Shown one piece after another: positions 52,045-61,779 of a DNA stretch of 64,000 nt (within the stretch, counting starts at the first letter, position 1; every line of letters begins with the position of its first letter). Position numbers and translations under genes: made by a program. The DNA comes from an uncultured delta proteobacterium. GTDB lineage: Bacteria; Myxococcota_A; Polyangia; Polyangiales; JAFGIB01. Location: positions 768,001 through 832,000 of the forward strand of contig CAVZVA010000005.1 of NCBI GenBank assembly GCA_963778655.1, in the 5' to 3' direction. The notes below the pieces were generated by a model. It ran no database searches, had not been told where the DNA came from, and was given only the letters and a program-made list of their open reading frames with translations.

Positions 52045-52659
52045 CTACACCGGCGCGCGGGCCTGCTCCTCGTAGTCCGCGAGCGCCGCCTGCAGGCGCT
52101 CGAGCGCATAGCGCATCCGGCTCTTGACGGTGTTCTCCGACGCGCCCACCACCTCGGCGATCTCGGCAAACGGCAGCTGCTGCAGCTGGCGCATCAAGAA
52201 CACCTCGCGCTGATCGTGAGGCAATTGCTCGACCGCGTGCGCGATGCGGCCGCGCAGCCGCGTGGCCGCGGCGCTGCGCTCGCCGTTCGGCTCCTCCTTG
52301 GCGATGCGTTCCACCCAGGGCGCGCCACCTCCGCCGTCGGAGCCTGCGGATGCGTCGAGCGACGCGTGCCGGCGGTGCGACATGCGCCGCAGATGGTCGA
52401 TGCACTGGTTGCGCGCGATTGCATACAGCCAAGTGGAGAACTTCGATCTTCGATCGAACTCGTGGCCACGCTCGATGATGCGGGTGAAGACCTCCTGGAG
52501 CAGATCGGCTGCGGCTTCGGGATCGCGGACGGTGCGCAGGATGAAGTTGTAGACCGGACCCTGGTAGCGCTTGAGCAGCACGCCGAATGCGGCGGCGTCG
52601 CCGGCCGCGAAGCGGTCGAGCAGCTCGTCATCGGCCATGTCGATCGTCCCTGCGGCCAC
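52045..52659 (-). CDS. ECF sigma factor
   Basis: DDELL...AAGD..AF..L..RY, DLLQEVF, KFSTWLYAIARN, LP..QREVF, TVKSRMRYAL; start may be ATG 52638. Confidence 0.95.
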   Translation of the reverse strand: MAAGTIDMADDELLDRFAAGDAAAFGVLLKRYQGPVYNFILRTVRDPEAAADLLQEVFTRIIERGHEFDRRSKFSTWLYAIARNQCIDHLRRMSHRRHASLDASAGSDGGGGAPWVERIAKEEPNGERSAAATRLRGRIAHAVEQLPHDQREVFLMRQLQQLPFAEIAEVVGASENTVKSRMRYALERLQAALADYEEQARAPV

Positions 52660-52891
52660 CGAGGAAGCCCATCCCGGCGAGGCCGAAACCGTGTCCCGGC
52701 CCGATCACCATCCGCGCGTGCCGCCACCGAGTCCATTGGGATCAGACGTTCAGCGCCGCCGCTCGATCTAGCGCTCGGCGCCGAGGCGCACCGCCCGAGG
52801 TCTGCGATGGGGTCTGCACAAGGCGCCCTGGGGCATCCGTAATCCCGCGGTATTTCGGGAGCTTACGCAGGGGGGTGGAGGCCGCTTCGCG

Positions 52892-52920
52892 TTGACCCCT
52901 GGCACCCCCCTTGTTATAAC
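52892..52920 (+). promoter_or_regulatory. Sigma70-type promoter of the glt-like operon, overlapped by a sigma54-like -24/-12 element
   Basis: TTGACC-N17-TATAAC with extended -10 TG; CTGGCAC-CCCCC-TTGTT at 52899-52915; 9-bp inverted repeat 52869-52877/52903-52911. Confidence 0.65.
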
Positions 52921-52990
52921 GGCCCCGCATTCGACGACTGGACGTTCGATGGCACCGCAGCGAGCCCGCCGGAAGAGGGGATTGAGCACG

Positions 52991-53875
52991 ATGCACAGGC
53001 CGATGGCTATGTCCTTGTCTGTGGTTGTCCTGCTGTTGGCGGCAAGCAGCGTCGTCGCAGCCCAGTCGACCTCGGGCGCGGGCATTTCGCTCTCCACATC
53101 GGGCGCCGATGTGAAGGCAACGACTCAAGCCGCCGCGCCCGCGCCGAGCGCACCCACCACCAGCGCCGGCACCACCAGCACCGCCAAGGTCGCGGCGCCG
53201 GCCGCGGCCGCAGTGTCGAGCACCAGCGCTGCGGCCGCCGCGGCGCCAGCGGCCGAGCCTGCACCGGCCGCGCCCGCGAGCGCCGCGCAGCCGGCCCCGG
53301 TCGCCACAGCCGAGGCGCCGATGGATGCGGGCACCTACAGCGTGCGGCTGCGCGACCTCGAACAGCACGTCAACGAGCTCAAGGAGCAGATCTTCCGCTC
53401 CAAAGCGCGCCTGTCCCTGCTCGCCGAAACCGTGCTCCAGGGCGTGGTCGCCGGTGCCCAGGCGCACATCGTGCACGAGAACAAGATGGGTAACTCGTAC
53501 AGCCTGGTGAAGGTGGTCTACGCGCTCGACGGCGCGCCCATCCTGACCAAGGAAGACGAGGAGGGCGGGCTCGGCGATCAGGATCAGTTCGACGTGTACA
53601 ACGGCAGCATGGTGCCGGGCGAGCACACGCTGACCGTCCAGCTCGAGTACCGCGGCCACGGCTACGGCATCTTCTCGTACCTGAAGGGCTACCGCTTCAA
53701 GGTCACCTCCAGCCACACCTTCAACGCGGCCGAAGGCAAGGCCACGACCCTGCGCGTGGTGGGCTACGAGAAGGGTGGACCGACGGCACCGCTCGAAGAG
53801 CGTCCGGCCGTCCGTTACGTCGAACGCGTGGACACGCCGTCTGCGCCCGCACAGGCAGTCGGGGGAGGCGAGTGA
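52991..53875 (+). CDS. Secreted protein: Ala/Pro/Thr-rich linker, coiled coil, beta-rich domain; first gene of the glt-like operon
   Basis: Signal peptide; LRDLEQHVNELKEQIFRSKARL coiled coil; PGEHTL.V.L.YRGHGYGIFSYLKGY; strong GC3 bias; coupled to the next gene. Confidence 0.82.
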   Translation: MHRPMAMSLSVVVLLLAASSVVAAQSTSGAGISLSTSGADVKATTQAAAPAPSAPTTSAGTTSTAKVAAPAAAAVSSTSAAAAAAPAAEPAPAAPASAAQPAPVATAEAPMDAGTYSVRLRDLEQHVNELKEQIFRSKARLSLLAETVLQGVVAGAQAHIVHENKMGNSYSLVKVVYALDGAPILTKEDEEGGLGDQDQFDVYNGSMVPGEHTLTVQLEYRGHGYGIFSYLKGYRFKVTSSHTFNAAEGKATTLRVVGYEKGGPTAPLEERPAVRYVERVDTPSAPAQAVGGGE

Positions 53876-56220
53876 TGCCACGGCAGCCCTGGCGGCTGCT
53901 GCTCGTCCCGTGGGTCGTGAGCCTGGCGTGCGCCGGAGCGGCACACGCGCAGAAGCTAGAGGACGTGAACCGGCAGCTCAGTGACGTCGAGGCCGCAGTC
54001 GCGCAGCTCCAGCACGCCCCGTTGCAGCGCGCGCAGCTGAACAGCCCGACCCACGTCGAGGAACGGCTGACCGACGGCGAGGTGTTCTTCCGGCTGCAGG
54101 ACTACGTGCGCGCGAGCGTCATCTTCACGGACATCGTCGACAACTACCCGCAGCATCGAGCCTATCCGGACGCGCTGTTTCTGCTGGCCGAGTCGCTGTT
54201 CAAGGCCGGCGATTACCTGGGCGCGCGCGAGCGTTACCGCACCGTGATCGATCACGCGGACCAGACCGCCTTCGGCCCTTACGTGCAGCGCTCGCTCGGC
54301 CGCCTGATCGAGATCGCGATCCACACCCAGGACTTCGACGGCGTCGAGGGCTATTTCACACGCCTGAGCAAGCTGCCGCCCTCCGAGGTCGAGGCCGCCA
54401 CCAACTACTTCCGGGCCAAGTACCTCTACAGCCTCGCCACCCACGAGCAGGTGGGCGCCAAGGAGGAGCTGGCGGCAGGCCAGGTCGACGCGGACAAGCT
54501 GGAGCAGGCTCGCATGGCCTTCGAGGCGGTGGCGCAGCGCAGCCCGTACTACGCCCAGGCGCGCTACTTCATCGGCGTCGTCTACGTGCTGCGCGGCCAG
54601 CCCGACGCCGCCATCGAAGCGTTCCGGCGGGTCGCCGCGCTGCAGCCGGCCAACGAGGACGAGCGCCGCGTGGTGGATCTCGCCCAGCTCGCGATCGGGC
54701 GCCTGCGCTACGAGCACGATCAGCTCGATCAGGCGATCGAGGCCTACCAGCGCGTGCCCAGCAGCTCACCTCTGTTCGACACGGCGCTGTACGAGATCGC
54801 CTGGGTGTACATCCGCATGGGCGATTCCACGCGCGCCAGCCGCGCGCTCGAGGTGATGAGCGTCGCTGCGCCCAACAGCCGGCACATTCCAGACGGCGAG
54901 CTGCTGCGCGGCAACCTGCTGCTGCGAGACGGCAACTTCAAGGGCGCCACCAACGCCTTCGAGGGCGTCTCCGGGCAGTTCGAGCCGGTGCGCGCGGAGC
55001 TGGACAAAGTGCTGGCTGAGCACGAGGACGCCCAGGCCTACTTCAAGCAGCTGGTGCGCGACAACTTGCAGGTGTTCGACGCCAGCGCCTTCCTGCCGCC
55101 CTCCGCGCTGCGCTGGGTCCAGGTAGACGGCGAAATGCAGCGCGCGATGAACACGCTCTCCGACCTCAGCCAGGCCCACAAGCTGGTCGACGAGACCGAG
55201 AGCATCGTGACCCGCCTGGGCGGCGCGCTCTCCTCCCCAAACCCGGTCAACGTATTTCGCGATCTGCGCGCCGATCGCGAGCAGAGCGAGGCGCTGCGCA
55301 ACCGCCTGGCTCGCGTGCGCAAGGATCTGATCGCGATCGACCAGAAGAACACCAAGCAGTTCGGCAGCGCCGAGCTGACCCAGGTGCGCAGCCGTCGCCA
55401 CGAGCTGGAGAGCAGCCTGGCCGGCACTCCGACCGGGGAAGCCGACATTCAGAAGCGCACGGCGAGCGTGGTCAAGCAGTACGATGACCTGAGCAAGCAG
55501 CTCAATCAGCTACAGGTCTCGCTGATGGGCATGGAGGCCCGCATCACCGCCACCGATCGCTTCATGAGCGACACCGCCAAAGGGCGCGACCCCCAGGCCG
55601 TCGCCGCGGTCCGCGCCGAGCTCGACACGCAGAAGAAAGCGGTCGCGGACTACCGCAAGCAGATCAAGAATCTCGGGCTGCAGATCGAGACCGGGCGCAT
55701 GCAGGTCGGCGTGGGCGACCAGGACTTTCAACGCGACGACAGCCTGCGGGCCGAGTACGCGCAGGTCGTGGCCCGCGAGCGCGAGATTCTCAAGTCGCTG
55801 GGCGCGCAGCCCGACCCACAGGTCGACGCGGCCTTCCGCCGGCTGGCGGCCGCCGACGGATCGCTCGACCAGCATGACCACGACGTCGACACGATCGTGA
55901 CGGCGCGCATCGCGGACATGCGCAAGGTGCTCGATGAGGAGAGCGCCAAGCTCGGCGGTTACCGTACCCAGCTGGCCGCGCTCGAGGGCCAGAGCGAAGA
56001 CGTGGTGGGTGGTATCGCGCTCGACAACTTCCACAAAGTGCGCCAGCGCTTCTACGACCTGGTGCTGCGCGCCGACGTGGGCATGATCGACGTCTCGTGG
56101 GCCGTGCGCGAGGAGCACCGCGTGCGTGGCGAGACTCTCACGCGCGAGCGCGCGAGCGCGCTCAAGGCGCTGGACGACGAGTACCGGGACATCATGGACC
56201 AGAAGGAGACGCCCCAGTGA
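53875..56220 (+). CDS. Exported TPR/coiled-coil protein, GltC-like
   Basis: Signal peptide; TPRs (ALFLLAESLF, AQLAIGRLRYE, AYQRVP..SPLF..ALYE.AW); long C-terminal coiled coil; position before the GltD-like gene. Confidence 0.7.
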   Translation: MPRQPWRLLLVPWVVSLACAGAAHAQKLEDVNRQLSDVEAAVAQLQHAPLQRAQLNSPTHVEERLTDGEVFFRLQDYVRASVIFTDIVDNYPQHRAYPDALFLLAESLFKAGDYLGARERYRTVIDHADQTAFGPYVQRSLGRLIEIAIHTQDFDGVEGYFTRLSKLPPSEVEAATNYFRAKYLYSLATHEQVGAKEELAAGQVDADKLEQARMAFEAVAQRSPYYAQARYFIGVVYVLRGQPDAAIEAFRRVAALQPANEDERRVVDLAQLAIGRLRYEHDQLDQAIEAYQRVPSSSPLFDTALYEIAWVYIRMGDSTRASRALEVMSVAAPNSRHIPDGELLRGNLLLRDGNFKGATNAFEGVSGQFEPVRAELDKVLAEHEDAQAYFKQLVRDNLQVFDASAFLPPSALRWVQVDGEMQRAMNTLSDLSQAHKLVDETESIVTRLGGALSSPNPVNVFRDLRADREQSEALRNRLARVRKDLIAIDQKNTKQFGSAELTQVRSRRHELESSLAGTPTGEADIQKRTASVVKQYDDLSKQLNQLQVSLMGMEARITATDRFMSDTAKGRDPQAVAAVRAELDTQKKAVADYRKQIKNLGLQIETGRMQVGVGDQDFQRDDSLRAEYAQVVAREREILKSLGAQPDPQVDAAFRRLAAADGSLDQHDHDVDTIVTARIADMRKVLDEESAKLGGYRTQLAALEGQSEDVVGGIALDNFHKVRQRFYDLVLRADVGMIDVSWAVREEHRVRGETLTRERASALKALDDEYRDIMDQKETPQ

Positions 56221-59200
56221 CGCGGCCGCGCCTGGCTGCTCTGGCGCCGTGGCTGGCCGGCGCTGCCCTGCTGCTGCCAGCGGCGGTGCGCGCCGAGGGC
56301 GCTGGCCAGCCGGGCTGGCTCAGCGTCCAGACCGGCGGCTCCAAGGGGCCCGCCTTCCTGCAGGCGATCGACACCCGCATTCAGGACGACCGCCCGCCGC
56401 CGAGCGCGGAGCAAGTCGCCGCGCTCAAGCAAATGGAGTCCGAGCTCGCCGGCTTCAACCGCGCCGGCGCCGGCTATCGGGACACCATCGTGTCGCTGCT
56501 CAAGCGCCAGTACGAGCGCCAGAAGCACGATCGCGAGGCGCTCTATTCCAGCCAGATCACCTATGAGGAGAAGCTCGAGGACAAGGCGCGCCTGGACGCG
56601 ATCGCCGTGTTCGAGCGCTTCATCGCCAAGTATCCCAACGACCCGACCTACGCGCCGGACGCGATGTTCCGCCTGGGCGAGCTGTACTTCGAGCGCGACG
56701 CGATCGCCCAGCAGAACGAGATGAACGCTTACCTGGCGGAGCGCGACCGGCGCTTGACCACCGGGCAGTCGACCGACGACCTGCAGGAGCCGCACAAGGA
56801 CTACTCGGCGACGATCGACATCTACCGCCGGCTGGCCCAGACCTTCCCCAAGTACGACAAGCTCGACGGCGTCTACTACCTGATCGGCTACTGCCACAAC
56901 GAGATGGGCCAGTCCGACATCGCGCGCATGGCGTGGCTCAACCTGGTTTGCGCGAACCACTACACGTACACCGGCGAGGCCCCGCCCAAGGAAGTGGACA
57001 CGGCGGTCGACGAACGCGCCAAGGAGCACCCTGCGCTCACGCTGCAAACGGGCAAGAAGGCCGCCTCGCCGGCCGCCTCGCCGTTCGTCGACTCCTATGC
57101 CGACTGCGAGCCGGCGGTCAAGGACTCGAAGTTCTGGGCCGAAACCTGGCTGCGCATCGGCGAGTACCACTTCGACTTCGACTTCACCAAGGACGGCCTC
57201 AACAAGGCCATCAGCGCCTACAGCAAGGTTCTGCAGCGCCCCGACGACCGCAACTACAACCTCGCGCTCTACAAGGTCGCCTGGACCTACTACCGCGCCA
57301 GCCGCTACCCGGAGGCGATGGAGAACTTCTGGAAGCTGGTGCAGTGGTCGGACGACGAGCGCAAGCGCACCGGCAAGGGCTCGGAGCTGCGCGACGAGGC
57401 GATCCAATACCTCGCGATCGGCTTCGGCTACGATGACTGGAACGAGAACCAGATCTCGGATCCGAACGAGGGGATGCCGCGCGGTATCGATCGCCTGCAG
57501 GACCCCAAGCTCATGCCGCAGGATCGACCCTGGACCTCCGAGGTCTACTTCCGGCTCGGCTACGTCTACTTCGACGAGGCCAAGTATCCGGAGGCGATCG
57601 AGGTCTGGAAGCTGGCGCTCAAGCGCTGGCCGATGGACCCGCAAGCCCCCGAGGTGCAGAACCAGATCGCCATCGCCTACTCGAGGCACAACGACCAGGA
57701 GGAGGCGATCGCGGCGCGAGCCAAGCTCAGCGACTACATCGAGGGCTCCGACTGGTGGGAAGGGAACAAGGACCACCCGGTCGAGCAGCGCCACGCCGAG
57801 CAACTCGCCGAGGATGCGCTGATCAACGCGGCCGTAGGCCATCACCAGACCGCGCAGAGCCTGCGCCGGCGCTGCGTGGACCAGCAGGAGCCCGATCTGT
57901 GCACCGAAGCCCAGAAGGAGTACGGCCTGGCGGCGCTGGCCTACCGCGGCTACATCCAGCACTACCCCAACAGCCCGGAAGCCTACGAGCTCAACTACAA
58001 CCTGGCCGACGCGCTGTACTGGTCGGAGAACTACGAAGAGTCGGCCAAGGAGTACGCCGCCGTACGCGACTCCAACCTCGACGACAAGTACCTGTCGGTC
58101 GCGGCGCGCCTGACGGTCGAGTCGATCAAGCGCTTGGTGGAGAAGAAGCAGGCCAGCGGCGAGCTGCAGGTCCGCACCGACCCGCCGGTACCGCAGGGCA
58201 CCCCGCCCAAGGTGACTCCGATCGAGCCCCCGGAGCTGCTGCAGCGGTTGGCCCAGGCTCGCGAGATGTACCTGGCGCGCGTCGACACCGCGCACGACAC
58301 CGAGAAGGTGCGCGACTCGTACTTCTACAACAACACCCTGCTGCTCTACCTTTACGGCTACTGGGACCTGTCGCGCGAGCGCTTCTGGGCCGAGTTCACC
58401 GGTCACTGCAGCGGGCCGAACGCGCAGCAGAGCGGACAGGTGGCCTGGCTCAACCTGCGCAACATGGCGGTGGCCCTGAGCGAGACCGACGAGGTGCGCG
58501 CCCTCGGCTCCGAGCTGCAGACGCGCAAGTGCACCTTCTCGCCCAGCGGTACGGCCGTGGCCGCGGTCGATTGCAGCAAGCCCGAGAACAAGACCGCGCC
58601 GATGTGCGTCGCGGGCCAGGACCTGACCAACATGCGCTACCGCGACGCGGTGGACATCTTCAACCGCGCCGAGCAGGCGACGGGTGATCAACAGCGCTTG
58701 CTGTACGAGCAGGCGGCCAGCGAGCTGGTCAAGGCGGTCAACGAGGAACCCAACCACCCCCAGGCGCCGCTGGCCCTGGAAAAGGCGGCCATCGCGCTCG
58801 AGCGCACCAGCCGCTTCGAGTCGGCCGGGCGCCTCTACCAGCGCATCATCGACGAGGTCGGTCCGCGCAAGGGCGCCAACGACGAGGAGCAGAAGTCGCT
58901 CGATGCGATCCTCGCGAACGCCTACTTCCGCCTGGCGTACAACGCCAATCGCTTCTTCGACTTCGATCGCGCGGTGGAAAACTACCGCGTGCTGGCCGAC
59001 TCGGATCGCTTCGCCAAGTCCACCGATCCGCAGATGGCCGAATGGCGAGAGGGCGCGCTAATCAACGCCGCGAAGATCCTCGAGTACCAGCAGCAGTACG
59101 CGCGCGCCGCCGACTACTACAGCCGGGCCGCCGACATCCTGCGCGACCCCAACGAGCAGCGGGCGGCGCGCTACAAGGTGGCCGAGATGGCGTTCAAGCT

Positions 59201-60065
59201 CCAGCAGTGGAGCAAGGCCGTCACCGACCTGCGCGCCTTCATCTCGCGCTACCAGAGCGACAAGGCGGCCGGCGAGCAGATCGTGCAGGCGTACGCGCGG
59301 ATTGCCGAGGCGCGCAAGGCGCAGGGCTCGCCCAAGGACTACCGGGCCGCGCGCAATGACGTGATCACGGGCTTCGCGCGCTCCGGCCAGGCTCCCGGCT
59401 CCTACGCCGCCGAATACGCCGCCAGCGCGCAGTTCGAGCAGATCGACGAGTCCAGCCACGACTTCGACAACTTCGCGATCAAGCCCGGCAAGCCCGCCAC
59501 CCTCGACGCATACGTCAAGGGCGTGGCCAGCCAGATCGGCGTCGGCAGCCGCGAAGCCAAGAGCAAGGCGGAGGCCTACAACGTGGTGCCCACCTATCGC
59601 CGCCCGACCTGGACGATCGCGGCGTTCGTGCGCCAAGGTCGCATCTACGAGATCCTGGCCAAGGCGGTGTTGAACACGCCGTTCGTGGTCCCGGCCGACC
59701 TGCAAAAGAAGATGAAGGGACTTCCCCCGGACTCGCAAGACGAGATCAAGGGACAGGTCGAGGACGCGATCCACCAGCTGCTGGACACCCAGGTGCGACC
59801 GATCGAGTGTCTGGCCGTGGGCCGCTACGCGCTCGCTGCCCGCGCTGCGCGTGCGGGCAGCATCGACAACGACTACACGCGCGAGGCGTTCGACCGCATC
59901 AATGCGTACGGCGACGAGCGCATCGCCGAGTGCATCGCGCAGGTCGCGGCGAAGGACACGACTTTCCAGGCGTATCAGCCCGGCGAGTTCAAGCGCGCCG
60001 CGCGCGGCATGGATCTCACGATGAAGGCGGGCGTCGCCCCGCCGCCGCTGGCAGGTGGGCAATGA
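56217..60065 (+). CDS. Large exported TPR protein, GltD/AgmU-like
   Basis: About 1280 aa; signal peptide; YAPDAMFRLGELYFE, ETWLRIGEYHFD, ALYKVAWTYY, ELRDEAIQY, WTIAAF...G.IYE; GTG start overlaps the upstream stop. Confidence 0.8.
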   Translation: MTRPRLAALAPWLAGAALLLPAAVRAEGAGQPGWLSVQTGGSKGPAFLQAIDTRIQDDRPPPSAEQVAALKQMESELAGFNRAGAGYRDTIVSLLKRQYERQKHDREALYSSQITYEEKLEDKARLDAIAVFERFIAKYPNDPTYAPDAMFRLGELYFERDAIAQQNEMNAYLAERDRRLTTGQSTDDLQEPHKDYSATIDIYRRLAQTFPKYDKLDGVYYLIGYCHNEMGQSDIARMAWLNLVCANHYTYTGEAPPKEVDTAVDERAKEHPALTLQTGKKAASPAASPFVDSYADCEPAVKDSKFWAETWLRIGEYHFDFDFTKDGLNKAISAYSKVLQRPDDRNYNLALYKVAWTYYRASRYPEAMENFWKLVQWSDDERKRTGKGSELRDEAIQYLAIGFGYDDWNENQISDPNEGMPRGIDRLQDPKLMPQDRPWTSEVYFRLGYVYFDEAKYPEAIEVWKLALKRWPMDPQAPEVQNQIAIAYSRHNDQEEAIAARAKLSDYIEGSDWWEGNKDHPVEQRHAEQLAEDALINAAVGHHQTAQSLRRRCVDQQEPDLCTEAQKEYGLAALAYRGYIQHYPNSPEAYELNYNLADALYWSENYEESAKEYAAVRDSNLDDKYLSVAARLTVESIKRLVEKKQASGELQVRTDPPVPQGTPPKVTPIEPPELLQRLAQAREMYLARVDTAHDTEKVRDSYFYNNTLLLYLYGYWDLSRERFWAEFTGHCSGPNAQQSGQVAWLNLRNMAVALSETDEVRALGSELQTRKCTFSPSGTAVAAVDCSKPENKTAPMCVAGQDLTNMRYRDAVDIFNRAEQATGDQQRLLYEQAASELVKAVNEEPNHPQAPLALEKAAIALERTSRFESAGRLYQRIIDEVGPRKGANDEEQKSLDAILANAYFRLAYNANRFFDFDRAVENYRVLADSDRFAKSTDPQMAEWREGALINAAKILEYQQQYARAADYYSRAADILRDPNEQRAARYKVAEMAFKLQQWSKAVTDLRAFISRYQSDKAAGEQIVQAYARIAEARKAQGSPKDYRAARNDVITGFARSGQAPGSYAAEYAASAQFEQIDESSHDFDNFAIKPGKPATLDAYVKGVASQIGVGSREAKSKAEAYNVVPTYRRPTWTIAAFVRQGRIYEILAKAVLNTPFVVPADLQKKMKGLPPDSQDEIKGQVEDAIHQLLDTQVRPIECLAVGRYALAARAARAGSIDNDYTREAFDRINAYGDERIAECIAQVAAKDTTFQAYQPGEFKRAARGMDLTMKAGVAPPPLAGGQ

Positions 60066-61522
60066 GCGCGCGCGCGCCGTGGCTGAGCTGGCCGCTGTCG
60101 ATCGCCCTTGCGCTGGCGTGCGGCTGCTCCAAGAAGGTGCAGGTCGGCACTGGTGGCGAGGGCGAGCAGGCGACCAGCGGCGGCGACTTCGGGGACGAGG
60201 AAGGCCTCGCCAAGAAGATGCCGGGCGGGGCAGCCGGGACGCCCCAGGCCCAGGCTGCGGCCAAGAAGACGGAGACCCACGATTACCGGCCCAAGCTCGC
60301 GCCCGCGCCCGAGGTTCAGGCCAAGCACGAGCCGCCCCCGCCGCCCAGCGGGCCCAGCCCCTGGGGCGCGCCGGACGCAGAGAGCGGGCGGCCGCTGCCG
60401 CCGCGGCCCAAGATGAACGCCGCCGCAGCCAAGGCCTACGCGCAGGGCGTGGCCGCCGCGGGCAAGGGCGACAACGCGGCCGCCAGGACGGCCTTCGAGC
60501 AGGCGCTGGCCGCGGATCCGCGGGCTTACGAGGCGGCCTACAACCTCGGCATCATCGCCGACCGCCAAGGGCAGACCAACCAGGCGCTGCAGTACTTTGC
60601 ACGCGCGCTCAAGATTCAGCCGGACTACGAGGACGCCGTGGACGCCGAGGTCGCGATCGACGTGAGACAGGGCAGGGCGGACCTCGCGGTGAGCGCAGCG
60701 CAACCGGTCGCGACGCAGTGGGAGCGCAACCTGTACCTGCAAGCGATCCTCGCCCACGCGCTGGTCCAGGCCAATCGCCTGGACGAGGCGGAGCAGGCTG
60801 CGCGCAAGGCGCTGCAGCGCGACGAGCGCTTCGTGCCCGCGATGGTGGCTCTGGCCGAAGCGAGCATGCAGCGCGGCCGGATGGAGCTGGCCGACTCGAT
60901 CCTGGAGCAGGCGCTCGCAATCGATCCCAAGTATCCCGAGATCTACTTTCTGCAGGGCAAGCGCCACCAGCAAGAGGGCCGCTCGGCCCAGGCGCTGACC
61001 GCCTACAGCAAAGCGGTGGAGCTGCGGCCCGAGTATGCCGAAGCGCGCATGGCGCTGGGCATTCAGTACATGGCCGCCGGCAACTACGCGCTGGCGCTCG
61101 AGCAGTTCGAGACGCTCGCGCGCCTGACCCCCACGCTCGTCGCCGTGCACGTGAACCTGGGCGATGCCTATCGCGCCAACCGGCGCTGGCAGGACGCCAA
61201 GCGCGAGCTCGATCAGGCCTTGCGCATGCAGAGCCCGCTGCCCGAGGCGCACTTCAACATGGCGCTGCTCTACATGGACGCGGGCGCGGACTTCCCGGGT
61301 TTGCAGCTGCTCGATACGCTGCAGCGCGCCGTGCTCGAGTTTACCAGCTACCGCGAACAGATGGGCTCGCGGCTGACTAAGGACGACAGCTCGGCGGGCT
61401 ACATCGCCGATTTGCAGCGGCAGATTGACCGCGAGCGCAAGCGTATCGAGCGTGAGGCCGCGCAGAAGAAGACCGAAGCCGAGCGCGCGGCCCGCGCCGC
61501 GCCGGCCGCAGGAGGCAAGTGA
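60062..61522 (+). CDS. TPR lipoprotein, GltE/AglT-like
   Basis: Lipobox LACGC; many TPRs (AAYNLG, VHVNLGDAYR, EAHFNMALLY); ATGA overlap. Confidence 0.8.
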   Translation: MSARAPWLSWPLSIALALACGCSKKVQVGTGGEGEQATSGGDFGDEEGLAKKMPGGAAGTPQAQAAAKKTETHDYRPKLAPAPEVQAKHEPPPPPSGPSPWGAPDAESGRPLPPRPKMNAAAAKAYAQGVAAAGKGDNAAARTAFEQALAADPRAYEAAYNLGIIADRQGQTNQALQYFARALKIQPDYEDAVDAEVAIDVRQGRADLAVSAAQPVATQWERNLYLQAILAHALVQANRLDEAEQAARKALQRDERFVPAMVALAEASMQRGRMELADSILEQALAIDPKYPEIYFLQGKRHQQEGRSAQALTAYSKAVELRPEYAEARMALGIQYMAAGNYALALEQFETLARLTPTLVAVHVNLGDAYRANRRWQDAKRELDQALRMQSPLPEAHFNMALLYMDAGADFPGLQLLDTLQRAVLEFTSYREQMGSRLTKDDSSAGYIADLQRQIDRERKRIEREAAQKKTEAERAARAAPAAGGK

Positions 61523-61779
61523 TGGCTGCGACGTCGACGCGTCTGGGGTGGTGCGTGCTCGCCTTGGCGTTGTTGACCGCCGCCGGCGCACGCGCCCAGG
61601 ACAAGCGCCAGAAAGCGCCCAAGGTGATCGAGCTGGAGGAAATCAGAATCGAGGGCCGGGTACAGAAGCCCAACGCCTTCTACATCCTGAATCGCTCGAC
61701 CATCGGCTACGAGGTCATGGAGCTGCGCACCAGCTTCGTGCAAGAGGTCGTGCACGCCGTGGATAGCGACCCGTTCTGA
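61522..61779 (+). CDS. Small secreted protein, GltF/CglF-like
   Basis: Signal peptide then VIELEEIRIEGRVQKPNAFYILNR...RTSFVQEV, matching the GltF pattern (I.G...KP...Y...R, R..F..E); follows the GltE-like gene. Confidence 0.8.
   Translation: MAATSTRLGWCVLALALLTAAGARAQDKRQKAPKVIELEEIRIEGRVQKPNAFYILNRSTIGYEVMELRTSFVQEVVHAVDSDPF

Noticed and set aside
52991..53875. Dihydrolipoamide acyltransferase, suggested by the Ala/Pro linker
   Set aside because: Has a signal peptide and no lipoyl or catalytic motif; the similarity is compositional only
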